Under the pieces are notes generated by a model, which was not told the origin of the DNA, did no database searches, and saw only the letters and a program-made list of their open reading frames with translations. DNA of 63,903 nucleotides, counting the filler. It is 6 parts of 6 records of this genome, joined end to end, with 100 filler letters (N's around TTAATTAATTAA, not from the genome) between each part and the next. Parts side by side here need not be neighbours in the genome. Positions count along the whole stretch, not along the records: positions 12,060 to 28,499 come from DRR723986_6399; 5 more parts are not named here. One strand, written 5' to 3'. Below, in pieces: positions 15,660 to 25,455 of this stretch. The stretch's first letter is position 1. Each line of letters starts with the position of its first letter. The position numbers and the translations under genes were made by a program.

Positions 15660-16010
15660 CTGGTGCGTGTCGTTGGAGTGCACCGCGGCGGTTTGCAGGT
15701 GGCGGGCGACGAGATCAACGAGACCATCCCGCCAGGACCGGACGCCAAGGAGGTCGACTGGCTGCTCTACGATCGCGTCACCCCCAGTCCAGCCGCGTTC
15801 TGGAGCGCAAGAGCCTGATCGAGCGCCGCGCACCGGGGACGGGCCGCGAGGTGCAGCTGATCCCGGCGAACATCGACACGGTCTTCGTCGTCACCTCCTG
15901 CAACGCGGATTTCAACATCGCGCGGCTGGAGCGCTACGTCGTGCTCGCTTTCGAAGCCGGGATCGAGCTGGTGAACGTGCTGACCAAGGCCGATCTCATT
16001 GGCCGCACGG
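15660..16010 (+). pseudogene. RsgA-like GTPase fragment
   Basis: QLIPANIDTVFVV..FNIARLERY..VLTKADL, truncated before the Walker A motif. Confidence 0.75.
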
Positions 16011-16154
16011 CGCCCCGATCTTCCCTGAGCACACTTACCCAAAGATGTGGATAACTCAGCCACACGGCATCCAATGAAAATGACAACAGCACAAGATATA
16101 CGCTATGGTCGGCCTTGCTTAACACCTTTAGCCGCAAAAAGCTCGAAACGTAAG

Positions 16155-17429
16155 ATGACTATAGAACTTGCTCTTGTCACTGGATTTGGCTTCATCAGCG
16201 ATGAAAATCTCCTTCAGCTCCCCCGGAGCAAAGTTCAAGATATTCGCTCTAGAATGAATTCTTCTCCGTTAACATGCAAAGGATATTGCGCCGCGTGCAG
16301 CGAACGAGTCTTTTTAAGATACGGAATAGAGAAAAAAATTAGCCCGCACTTTGTACATTTTTCGGGCGTTGGCGATGGATGCATTTACAAAGATTCGACC
16401 AAAAAAGAGAACGAAATTAGAGCAGAAATTTTCGAAGGGCGCCAAGAATCACCCGCGCACAAAGCGATGTGCAAAGAAGTCGCTCAACTCTGCATGCTTG
16501 ATAAGCGATATATTGAAGGAACAGCAACACTCAATGTATTTTACAAGTCAGAGCACCAGGGAAGAGGCCTGTATCCAGATGTAAAAGCAGAATTTGAGGG
16601 GCTAGGAGAGTTTGTTTTTGAAATTCAGCTCGCCCCAATGACACCTCTAGAAATTCAAAAGCGAACAGATTTTTACATCAAATCCGGCGTGCATTTGATA
16701 TGGGTTCTTCCAACTTCAGACCGCTCTGCTTTTCAGCGAGCTTACATTTCCGACATAGCAAGCCTCGCCAAGGGAAATGTGTTTTATTTTGACCGTGACG
16801 CACGAGATGCCACTGTTTTCCTAAAGCGTTTGCATATTTGCGCTATTTGGCAGAATTCTGATCAATCGATTTCGAAAAAAGTCATCCCCATCGATGATCT
16901 TAACTTCCCTCCAGGACACCTTCCATATTACGTAAATGCATTTGGAAAAGAGATTTTCGATTTGGCGGAAGAGCGTCGCGACTACGTATTAAGCAACTAT
17001 ATCGTCCAGGATGAGTGCTATGAGCTTATGCCATTCGAAATCTTCCCCGGATGGGATATCAGGGATAGCTACAAAAACGATCGTTTTATTAAAGCTGCTT
17101 TTTCGATTTTGTCTTATGCGGAGGGACATATGAAAAATTACCTTAATTCGCAACCAAACCTCAAATCTGCGTTAGATAGTTATTTGAATTCTTGGGACGG
17201 AAAAGAACATGCCGCTTTCATTAAAAAAATGTTAGAGTGCACACAAGCAAAACACTATGTTAGCGATTCTGTCTGGAAAAAGTTGGACCATCCGGACGCT
17301 AAATCAGAGATCAATCTCTTGGATCCTTTCGTTTCCCATGTGTATGGGATGTTTCCCGAGGTCTTTCGCGATGAACATCGTCACCTTTCAAAAAACGATA
17401 GCATTTTGCCGGCCTGGGCAATGCCATGA
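16155..17429 (+). CDS. CoiA-like/DUF6035-like nuclease
   Basis: CAAC..PHFVHF..C N-terminal module; GRQESPAH; PD..EIQL nuclease motif; visibly AT-rich. Confidence 0.7.
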   Translation: MTIELALVTGFGFISDENLLQLPRSKVQDIRSRMNSSPLTCKGYCAACSERVFLRYGIEKKISPHFVHFSGVGDGCIYKDSTKKENEIRAEIFEGRQESPAHKAMCKEVAQLCMLDKRYIEGTATLNVFYKSEHQGRGLYPDVKAEFEGLGEFVFEIQLAPMTPLEIQKRTDFYIKSGVHLIWVLPTSDRSAFQRAYISDIASLAKGNVFYFDRDARDATVFLKRLHICAIWQNSDQSISKKVIPIDDLNFPPGHLPYYVNAFGKEIFDLAEERRDYVLSNYIVQDECYELMPFEIFPGWDIRDSYKNDRFIKAAFSILSYAEGHMKNYLNSQPNLKSALDSYLNSWDGKEHAAFIKKMLECTQAKHYVSDSVWKKLDHPDAKSEINLLDPFVSHVYGMFPEVFRDEHRHLSKNDSILPAWAMP

Positions 17430-17511
17430 GCCCCTTCGGTTCCAGAGTTGACCTCATGGCGCCCACGCGTAGTATGTGACAAACTTTTTCACGATTACGA
17501 CGTGAGGGCCC

Positions 17512-17946
17512 ATGACAGATCAGAGCGACGAAGACGGCGCGGCGTTCTTTTTGAATGACGACATACCACCTTTTGCACAGAAAATTCAACATCTTACGCA
17601 CAAGAGCAACATGCGGCAAGCTGAAGTCGCGCGCCGCGCTGGTATGACGAGAGATGCTTTTCACAGGTATTTCAGCGGAAAGACCCGGCCGCCAGCCGAC
17701 AAGCTTCTCGCGCTCGCGGAGGTCTTCGGCGTGCGCCCCGAAGACATAGACGACGGCGCCAGCGCAGCGGAGCTTGAGCTCGCTCGCATCCATGGAAAAA
17801 CGAAATCGAGAGAGATCCGAGAGTCATACCGTCTCGCGCCGCCGAGCGACGGCGACACGCAGAAGGTCAGGCTAATGTGCGACTTGGATCTGGACATAGA
17901 AGACGCGATGAAAGTTGTGCAGATTTTGAATAAATACAGCGCTTAG
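17512..17946 (+). CDS. XRE-family HTH regulator
   Basis: MRQAEVARRAGMTRDAFHRYFSGKTRP..LAEVFGV. Confidence 0.85.
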   Translation: MTDQSDEDGAAFFLNDDIPPFAQKIQHLTHKSNMRQAEVARRAGMTRDAFHRYFSGKTRPPADKLLALAEVFGVRPEDIDDGASAAELELARIHGKTKSREIRESYRLAPPSDGDTQKVRLMCDLDLDIEDAMKVVQILNKYSA

Positions 17947-17986
17947 AAAAGAAAAAAGGGGGGGGCTGAAGCCCCCCCCTTCCCTT
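17946..17986. terminator. Hairpin terminator between convergent genes
   Basis: A-tract followed by GGGGGGGGCT-GA-AGCCCCCCCC. Confidence 0.6.
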
Positions 17987-18074
17987 CTCGGCGGGATTTT
18001 TCCTCTCGAATTTTTGCCAACGGTCACTGAATCTCTCTTGCGTTGCAGTCGGAAGCGCTTCGATGCGGTCGAGA

Positions 18075-18488
18075 TCAGCGGAAAATCAGCGCGCTGAAGA
18101 GAGCCATCGTCGCGACGGAGACCAGCACCAGCCAGCCGGTCCACGAGCACATAAGATAGACCAAGGGGAACATCGGAACGACGATCGCAATACCAGAGAG
18201 CCACGCCAGACCCCACATGCCGAAGGTGGCGAGGAGCGCGATAATCTTGAGGAAACGCGGGAAAGCATAGATTTCATCGACGAAGCGCGACGCGATGAAG
18301 AGATAGAGCAGAGCCGACCCGATATGGAGAAGATGCGTCTGAGAGTAGGCCTCGACGAGACGCCAGGACCCCCTGTCGCGCGGACGGAATTCGCCGGAGA
18401 TCAGGACGAGGTCGTAGAGCGTATACGCGTATGCGTAAGCCGCGAGAGCGATGAGCAGAACGCCGCTTGTCATCTGGATTTTGGACAT
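18075..18488 (-). CDS. Small multi-pass membrane protein
   Basis: About four hydrophobic segments; 14 nt downstream of the AAA+ gene. Confidence 0.6.
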   Translation of the reverse strand: MSKIQMTSGVLLIALAAYAYAYTLYDLVLISGEFRPRDRGSWRLVEAYSQTHLLHIGSALLYLFIASRFVDEIYAFPRFLKIIALLATFGMWGLAWLSGIAIVVPMFPLVYLMCSWTGWLVLVSVATMALFSALIFR

Positions 18489-18502
18489 TTTCTTGAACCT
18501 TT

Positions 18503-19621
18503 TCAGTTAAGTAATGGGCGCGACATGCGTTCTCGCGCGCTGTTCAAAACCCTCGAAACTGTCCGAAGATCGACTCTCCGACCGTCGCGCAGAAGACCCC
18601 CAATGACGCGCTCGCAGGCTTCAACGACGTCCCCCTCGAGACCGAGCGAAGCTCCCTCAGAGCGACAGAACGCTAGGACCTGCGCGCGGGTCAGCTCTTC
18701 CAGCCGGACAACGGTAAGGCGGGAGCGCAGCGCCGGCGGAACGCCGTGCAGGCTGTTCGACGTGAAGATCCATGAAACCCCGGAAAGATCAAACTTCAGG
18801 CCGAAATACGGACAGACCCAAGCGCGCGCAGTGGTCCGCTCGAGCATGCCGAGGAGGACTGAGTGCAGACCGCTCATGCTTGATCCGGACGCTGTCGCGA
18901 TGCGCTCTGATCCGGCGTCAAGCTCATCAACGATCGCGAGAGGGTTCGCGATGTGACTCGAGAGAATGCCGCTCACGACGCGGCCCGGCGAGCCATTACT
19001 CCATCTATGATCGCTCCCCTGCAGCTCAAAGACGCCTCCGGTCGCCGAGGCGTCGACTTCGATCTCCGGAAGTCCGGCGAGCTCTGCGAGACGTCGGGCC
19101 CACGACGACTTCCCGAGGCCCGGCGGCCCCAGGGCGACGATCGGATCGAAGCCGAGCGAGCGTCCATCAGACGTTCGTCGTTTTGTTAATCTCCAGACGG
19201 CTTCCGTCAGACGCTGGAGCCAGGGAAACTCCGTATGTAGCTGCGCGAAAATCTCGTCGACATCATCCAAACTCGCACAGACCGCGCGCGAGTTCCGCGC
19301 GAGCTCGAGAAGGTCTCCCTTGGCTTCTTTCGAGAGCTTCGGCGGCAACGGCGTCTGTGGCTTTCTCAGTTTCGCGACAACATGCGCGACATGAAGCAGC
19401 CTACGGCGCTGTTTTTCATCAAGGAATTCAAGGAAAACTGGATAATCTTGGACGGAGACGCCGAGGCGAACTGCGCTCTGAACGCGGTGCCACGCCATCG
19501 CATCAGGCAAGACACGCGCTTGACGCTTCGCGATGATCCGCCGCTCGACTGCGTCCGCGATCTCACGCGCGCTCAGCTCATGCACAATGAGCTCGACAAC
19601 TTTTTCCCGACGGTAATCCAC
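18503..19621 (-). CDS. AAA+ ATPase (Lon-like ATPase domain, no protease domain)
   Basis: Walker A GPPGLGKS, Walker B IVDELD, WIFTSN and ALRSRL. Confidence 0.85.
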   Translation of the reverse strand: MDYRREKVVELIVHELSAREIADAVERRIIAKRQARVLPDAMAWHRVQSAVRLGVSVQDYPVFLEFLDEKQRRRLLHVAHVVAKLRKPQTPLPPKLSKEAKGDLLELARNSRAVCASLDDVDEIFAQLHTEFPWLQRLTEAVWRLTKRRTSDGRSLGFDPIVALGPPGLGKSSWARRLAELAGLPEIEVDASATGGVFELQGSDHRWSNGSPGRVVSGILSSHIANPLAIVDELDAGSERIATASGSSMSGLHSVLLGMLERTTARAWVCPYFGLKFDLSGVSWIFTSNSLHGVPPALRSRLTVVRLEELTRAQVLAFCRSEGASLGLEGDVVEACERVIGGLLRDGRRVDLRTVSRVLNSARERMSRPLLN

Positions 19622-19706
19622 AATCTCAACCTTTTGTCTTATTGTTTTACGATTTTTCGTCGTTTATATTATCTTTCACACGCTGCTACGCAATGAGAAA
19701 AATTCA

Positions 19707-19970
19707 ATGGACACGACTTTTCTGCTACTGGCTCGCTACTCCGGTCGAGCTGTCATTCCCCTCGAACTGGTCTGTGAAGACTTCTTCTCGCATCTCTCGC
19801 CTGCGAAGCTCTCAGCGAAAGTTGACCGGGGCGAAATCCGGCTCCCGATCGTCCGGATCGAGCAGTCGCAGAAAGCCGCGCGCGGCGTCCACGTTGCGGA
19901 CCTGGCTGCGTGGATCGATGAGCGGCGCCGGGTCGCTCTTCACGAGTGCCAGGCTTTTCACGGTCCTTGA
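19707..19970 (+). CDS. Pyocin activator PrtN-family protein
   Basis: MDTTFLLLARYSGRAVIPLELVCEDFFSHL..SQKAARGVHVADLAAWIDERR. Confidence 0.9.
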   Translation: MDTTFLLLARYSGRAVIPLELVCEDFFSHLSPAKLSAKVDRGEIRLPIVRIEQSQKAARGVHVADLAAWIDERRRVALHECQAFHGP

Positions 19971-20171
19971 GATGGCCTTCGGGCCTACATCTCGGCCAGC
20001 CAGGACTACGAAGACGGCGGCCGGGACTACACGCCGGTACTACAGAAAAAGGCCACCCAGTCGGGTGGCCTTCTGCGTTCTCGGGGCACTGCTGACGCGC
20101 TCGGGCCTATTTTCGGCCTACACAAATTCTGCACACTCGAAAAAGCCCTTTTTTTCTTTGACCTCTTGACC

Positions 20172-20252
20172 TCGGTCGGTCCAATCCATCATCGGAGCAA
20201 CGGATAGGCGGGCGGCGCGGTTTGTATCTGCGATTGTGGAACTTTGTGCCAT
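20172..20252 (-). pseudogene. dusA: Displaced 5' end of dusA (att site of a dusA-integrated island)
   Basis: Translates as MAQSSTIADTNRAARLSVAPMMDWTDR, then leaves DusA sequence. Confidence 0.88.
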
Positions 20253-20399
20253 TTTGTGTCTGTCGCCCTTGATTTGCCGTCGCCCATGATTTGCCCCGGG
20301 GCCGCGTTGCGCGCGGTGCAGGGCCGTTTAGCAAGAAACACAGATGTTTAAAAGACAGCGCCGCCAAACGCAGCGACGCCCGGCGAATGTGGGGCCGGT

Positions 20400-21089
20400 T
20401 TATTTTTGCAAGGCTTCGCGCAGCGATTTTGGCGGTTGCTGGACATTGTGCAGATCTAACGAGGCGACAAGATCCAGCAGGTGGTTTTTCATCAATTCCT
20501 CGGCCGTTGCTGCATCTTTTTTGGCAAAAGCATCTAGCAAAGCATGATGCGCCTGGGTTTCGCACAGGGCGGCGCGGCGGCGCCAGTATAGCGCGATGAT
20601 CAGCGACGAGCGCGAGATCAATTCGGAAATAAAGGTTTCGATGGTGGATTGGTCTGCGATACGCGCGATTTCCACATGGAATTGCCCCGACAGAAACAGC
20701 GCGCGCCCGTTTTCGCCGGCATCCAGGGCTGCGTGTTCGTCGTGGATATTGGCCTGCAGCAGCGCCAGGTTTTTATCGCTCATCCGCAAGGCGGCGGAAT
20801 GGGCTGTGCGCGGTTCCAGCAGGGCGCGGGCCTCGAATACCTCGCGGGCCTCGCGGATTGATGGCTGGGCAACAAAGGCCCCGCGATTGCGCCTTAATTC
20901 AACCAAACGGCGGTGTGACAGCGCCAAAAGGGCGGCGCGCACGATGGTGCGGCTGATCCCATAGGCATCGCCCAGCTCGTCTTCGCCCAGCTTCGTTCCG
21001 GGCGGCAAGCGGTGTTCGTGGATCGCGCGTTCGAGATCGGCTGCCACCGTTTCGCTGGTCCAGGGTTTTATCGCCTCGGTCGCTGTCAT
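20400..21089 (-). CDS. GntR/FCD transcriptional regulator
   Basis: LPPGTKLGEDELGDAYGISRTIVRAAL, RNRGAFV and an FCD domain. Confidence 0.92.
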   Translation of the reverse strand: MTATEAIKPWTSETVAADLERAIHEHRLPPGTKLGEDELGDAYGISRTIVRAALLALSHRRLVELRRNRGAFVAQPSIREAREVFEARALLEPRTAHSAALRMSDKNLALLQANIHDEHAALDAGENGRALFLSGQFHVEIARIADQSTIETFISELISRSSLIIALYWRRRAALCETQAHHALLDAFAKKDAATAEELMKNHLLDLVASLDLHNVQQPPKSLREALQK

Positions 21090-21182
21090 GCGCACCACCT
21101 TGCTTGCTTTGTTGCGTCTTTGTTGTCGTGATTCGACGCAGGTAGAACAAGCCTAGCGCGTCGGGACATCATTTTTAACATC

Positions 21183-21194
21183 ATTGTATACAAT
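21183..21194. promoter_or_regulatory. Probable GntR operator
   Basis: Perfect palindrome ATTGTATACAAT between the divergent gntR gene and the ABC operon. Confidence 0.65.
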
Positions 21195-21340
21195 TTTGTT
21201 CCTTTTTATGTGCACAGCATCGCAGCTTTCGCCAAAAATTTGGGCGGCGGCAGTTTTCCCCCCTGCACCGCCGCGAAAATGCTGCCCACGCCGGGCCTGT
21301 GCCACGCAGGGTGTGTGCACAACGCAGCACGGGGGGCCTG

Positions 21341-22315
21341 ATGCGAACGGGATATGATCTGGAACTGGTGCACCTGACCAAGCGATACGGCAACACGGTG
21401 GCTGTGCGCGATCTGAACCATGTTTTTGTAAAGGGCAGCTATGTTTGCCTGCTGGGGCCATCGGGCTGCGGCAAATCTTCAACCCTGCGGATGATCGCCG
21501 GGCATGAAGAGGTCAGCGAAGGCGCGATTGTGCTGGACGGGCATGACATTTCCGCCATGGCGCCCGCGCAGCGCGGCACCGCGATGATGTTTCAAAGCTA
21601 CGCGCTGTTTCCGCATCTGTCTGTGCGCGACAACGTGGCGTTTTCACTGCGCATGAAGGGGGTTGATAAGCCCACGCGCCATGCCCGTGCAAACGCGCTG
21701 TTAGAGCTGGTGGATATGACCGCCTATGCCGATCGCCTGCCTGCGCAATTGTCGGGTGGGCAACAGCAGCGCGTGGCCTTGGCCCGGGCGCTGGTGACCC
21801 AGCCCAAGGTTTTGTTGTTGGACGAGCCCCTGTCGGCGCTGGATCCTTTCTTGCGCATCCGCATGCGCGCCGAGCTGAAAAAACTGCAGCGCGAATTGGG
21901 CATCACCTTTATCCACGTGACCCATGGCCAAGACGAGGCACTGGCCCTGGCCGACGAGATCGTGGTGATGAACAATGCCGTGATCGAACAGGCCGGCCCC
22001 GCGCGCGCGGTTTGGGCCACCCCCAACACCGAATTTGTCGCGCGCTTTATCGGCGGGCACAATGTGATCAGCCTGCCCGGCGGCAAGGCCACCGTGCGCG
22101 CTGATGCCGTGGCCCTGGCCGATACAGGCCTGGCCGCCACCGTGACGGCCGTGGAATATCAAGGCGCCTCTGTCGCGGTCACCACCCAAACTGAGGCGGG
22201 CGACGAGGTGCTGGCCCTGCTGCCGGAAGAGCAGTTTTTTCATTCACCCAAATCCCCAGGCGATGCCGTGCGGCTGGCCTGGGACGAGGGGCGGCTACAC
22301 CGCCTCCGGGCTTAA
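21341..22315 (+). CDS. ABC transporter ATPase (PotA-like)
   Basis: GPSGCGKS, LSGGQQQR, LLLDEP and HVTH. Confidence 0.95.
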   Translation: MRTGYDLELVHLTKRYGNTVAVRDLNHVFVKGSYVCLLGPSGCGKSSTLRMIAGHEEVSEGAIVLDGHDISAMAPAQRGTAMMFQSYALFPHLSVRDNVAFSLRMKGVDKPTRHARANALLELVDMTAYADRLPAQLSGGQQQRVALARALVTQPKVLLLDEPLSALDPFLRIRMRAELKKLQRELGITFIHVTHGQDEALALADEIVVMNNAVIEQAGPARAVWATPNTEFVARFIGGHNVISLPGGKATVRADAVALADTGLAATVTAVEYQGASVAVTTQTEAGDEVLALLPEEQFFHSPKSPGDAVRLAWDEGRLHRLRA

Positions 22316-22363
22316 GCGCCCCCTTAATCCATCCCTTTAAGTTCAACAGAAAGGACTGAGACT

Positions 22364-23635
22364 ATGGCAAAACCCAAGGTAGGCTATTCCCGCCGATCGT
22401 TTCTAAAAACCAGCGGCGCCGCTATGGCGGCATCGGCACTGCCCGCGCCCATGCTTTGGGCGCAGGACACCAAAAACATCGTTTTGCGCCAGTTTGGCAC
22501 CGGCGTCAGCAACCTGAATGACGTGGCCAATAAGGTAAAAGAAGACCTAGGCTTTACCCTGGAAATGACGGCCCTGGACAGCGACAGCGTGACCCAACGC
22601 GCCGCCACCCAGCCCGACAGCTTTGACATTGCCGATATCGAATATTGGATCTGAAAAAAGGTCTGGCCCACCGGCAACCTGCAAGCGATGGACACATCGA
22701 AAATTGCCAATTACGACAAGATCGTGGGCATTTTCCGCAGCGGCAAGCTGACACCACAATCAACCATCGCGCAGGGCACCACGCCGCATACGGTGGGCTT
22801 TGTCGAGGGCCCCGGTGGCACATCGTTTGCCGATACCGAAACCGGCTGGATGACCCTGATACCGACGATCTATAACGCCGATACGCTTGGGATCCGCCCC
22901 GATCTGATCGGGCGCCCGATTGACAGCTGGACCGAGCTGTTGAACCCCGAATTCAAAGGCAAGGCATCGATCCTGGATATCTCGTCGATCGGCATCATGG
23001 ATATGGCCATGGTCTGCGAAGCGATGGGCGAGATCCAATATGGCGACAAGGGCAATATGACCCGCGAAGAGATCGACAAAACCATGGCGATCTTTACCGA
23101 GGCCAAGCAAAATGGCCAGTTCCGCGCCTTTTGGAAAACCTTTGATGAATCTGTCAACCTGATGGCCTCGGGCGAGGTGGTGATCCAGTCGATGTGGTCG
23201 CCCGCCATCACGGCGGTAAAATCGCGCGGTATCGACTGTGTCTACCAGCCGCTGAAAGAGGGCTATCGCAGCTGGGGCGGCGGCATTGGCCTGTCGTCGT
23301 CGCTGTCGGGTATCGAGCTGGACGCGGCTTATGAGTATATCAACTGGTATTTGTCGGGCTGGGTTGGCGGCTATTTGATGCGCCAGGGCTATTATTCGGC
23401 CGTGCCGGAAACCTCGAAAAACTTCATGTCGGAAAACGAATGGGGCTACTGGTTCGAGGGCAAGCCTGCCACGGGTGATATCACCTCGCCCACGGGCGAT
23501 GTATTGGCCAAGGCCGGCGCGCTGCGCGATGGCGGCTCGTTCACCGAGCGCATGGGGGCTGTGGCCTGCTGGAACGCGGTTATGGACGAAAACCAGTATA
23601 TGGTGCGCAAGTGGAATGAATTTATCGCCGCCTAA
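22364..23635 (+). CDS. Tat-exported PotD/PotF-like binding protein with one in-frame TGA at 22652-22654
   Basis: SRRSFLK Tat motif; ORFs 22364-22654 and 22688-23635 are in the same frame (..EYWI*KKVWPTGNLQAMD..). Confidence 0.85.
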
Positions 23636-23645
23636 GCGCGGCCCC

Positions 23646-23737
23646 TGTGGGGGGCAGACTGCCCCCCACACCCCGCCACCCAGTGGGGGGCAGTCTGCCC
23701 CCCACACCCCCCTGAGAGTATTTCAAGCAAGATGAAG
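23646..23737. repeat. Tandem REP-like palindromes
   Basis: GTGGGGGGCAG(A/T)CTGCCCCCCAC at 23647-23669 and 23683-23705, intergenic within the operon. Confidence 0.8.
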
Positions 23738-23750
23738 AGGGTGCAGGCCC

Positions 23751-24617
23751 ATGGGCGCTGATTTTTTGCGGAACAGGCATGTTTTAGGCTGGCTGCAAGC
23801 CGCGCCGCTGACACTGGTTCTTCTGGGCTTTTTGATGGCGCCGATCGTGATGATTGTGATGGTCAGCTTTTGGGGTGCAACGGAATTTTCGATCTATCCT
23901 GCGTTTTTGTGGGACAATTACGATTTTTTGTTGTCCTCGCCCGTGACCTACAAGGTGTTTTGGGCGACGTTTAGATATGCTTTCATCACATGGGCGCTGA
24001 CGCTGGTCATTGGCTTTACCGTGGCCTATTTTCTGGCCTTTCATGTGCGCAGCCTAACCTTTCAGATCGCGCTGTTTTTACTGTGCACGATCCCGTTTTG
24101 GACATCGAACATCATTCGCATGATCAGCTGGATTCCGTTTTTGGGGCGTAATGGCATTGCCAACCAGACGCTGATCAGCTGGGGCGTGATTGATGAGCCG
24201 CTGGAATGGCTACTTTATTCCGATTTCTCGGTGATCTTGGCCTTTGTGCATTTATACACGCTGTTTATGGTGGTGCCGATTTTCAACACCATGATGCGGA
24301 TCGACAGATCGCTTTTGGAGGCCGCGCGCGACAATGGGGCCTCGGGGGTGCAGACGCTGGTGCATGTGATTGTGCCGCTGACCAAGCCGGGCATTATGAT
24401 TGGCACGATTTTCGTGGTGACGCTGGTGATGGGTGATTTCATCACGGTGCGCTTCATGTCGGGCTCGCAACGGGCCAATGTCGGGCGGTTGATTTCCAAT
24501 GATATCGGGTTGCTGCAATACCCATCGGCTGCGGCCACGGCGGTGGTGCTTTTGTGCACTGTGCTGATCGTGATCGCGATCTTGCTGCGCTTTGTAAATA
24601 TCCGAAAGGAGCTTTGA
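23751..24617 (+). CDS. ABC permease (PotB-like)
   Basis: TM helices and EAA motif LLEAARDNGAS. Confidence 0.93.
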   Translation: MGADFLRNRHVLGWLQAAPLTLVLLGFLMAPIVMIVMVSFWGATEFSIYPAFLWDNYDFLLSSPVTYKVFWATFRYAFITWALTLVIGFTVAYFLAFHVRSLTFQIALFLLCTIPFWTSNIIRMISWIPFLGRNGIANQTLISWGVIDEPLEWLLYSDFSVILAFVHLYTLFMVVPIFNTMMRIDRSLLEAARDNGASGVQTLVHVIVPLTKPGIMIGTIFVVTLVMGDFITVRFMSGSQRANVGRLISNDIGLLQYPSAAATAVVLLCTVLIVIAILLRFVNIRKEL

Positions 24618-24618
24618 G

Positions 24619-25455
24619 ATGGACCGCCGCCCCCGCAGCTTTTACGTGCTGGCCGCCTTTTTTGCCCTGTTCGTTTTGTTTCTCTATGGCCCCATCCTGA
24701 CCATTGGCATTTTAAGCTTTCAGGGCCCCGAAGGTGGGCTGACCTTTCCAATGAATGGCCTGTCTTTGCATTGGTTTCGCGCGTTGTTTCAGCAACAAGC
24801 GGTGGGCGATATCTGGGGGGCCTTTGGGCGCAGCACGACGCTGGGTTTGATGGTGATGATCACCACTGTTGTGGTCTCGGTTATGGGCGGGCTGGCCTTT
24901 CGCAAGCGGTTTTATGGATCTACCCTGGTGTTTTATGCCACCATCACATCGCTGGTGATCCCGTCGATCCTGATTTCGCTGGGCGTTGGGCTGATCTTTA
25001 CCCAGCTTGGGCTGAAGATTCATTGGGCGAGCTCGGGGTTTGGGGCGCAATTGACATGGACCCTGCCCTTTGGCCTGCTGATCATGTTCGCAGTCTTTAA
25101 CCGCTTTGACAAAAGCTATGAAGAAGCGGCCCGCGACCAAGGCGCCAGCGCATGGCAAACCATCCGCTATGTTGTGTTGCCCATTATCGCACCTTCGCTG
25201 ATCGGTGTTGCGCTATTTGGCTTTACGCTGAGCTACGACGAATTTGCCCGCACCCTTTTGACGGCGGGCAGCTATAACACCCTACCGCTGGAAATTTTCG
25301 GGATGACCACGAATGTGACCACCCCGGTGATCTATGCATTGGGCACGCTGACCACGCTGTTTTCCTTTCTTGTGATCGGGGCCTTTCTGTTGGGCACCTG
25401 GGTCATTGGCCGGCGCCGGGCGCGGCTGGGGTCAGATGCGGGGAGCGCCCTATGA
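24619..25455 (+). CDS. ABC permease (PotC-like)
   Basis: YEEAARDQGAS and FTLSYDEF. Confidence 0.93.
   Translation: MDRRPRSFYVLAAFFALFVLFLYGPILTIGILSFQGPEGGLTFPMNGLSLHWFRALFQQQAVGDIWGAFGRSTTLGLMVMITTVVVSVMGGLAFRKRFYGSTLVFYATITSLVIPSILISLGVGLIFTQLGLKIHWASSGFGAQLTWTLPFGLLIMFAVFNRFDKSYEEAARDQGASAWQTIRYVVLPIIAPSLIGVALFGFTLSYDEFARTLLTAGSYNTLPLEIFGMTTNVTTPVIYALGTLTTLFSFLVIGAFLLGTWVIGRRRARLGSDAGSAL

Noticed and set aside
16046-16054. Perfect DnaA box (TGTGGATAA)
   Set aside because: An isolated copy about 1.3 kb from the iteron cluster, with no box array; insufficient for an origin call.
22645-22875. Frameshift explanation for the split binding-protein gene
   Set aside because: Both halves are in the same frame; the break is one TGA, not a frameshift.
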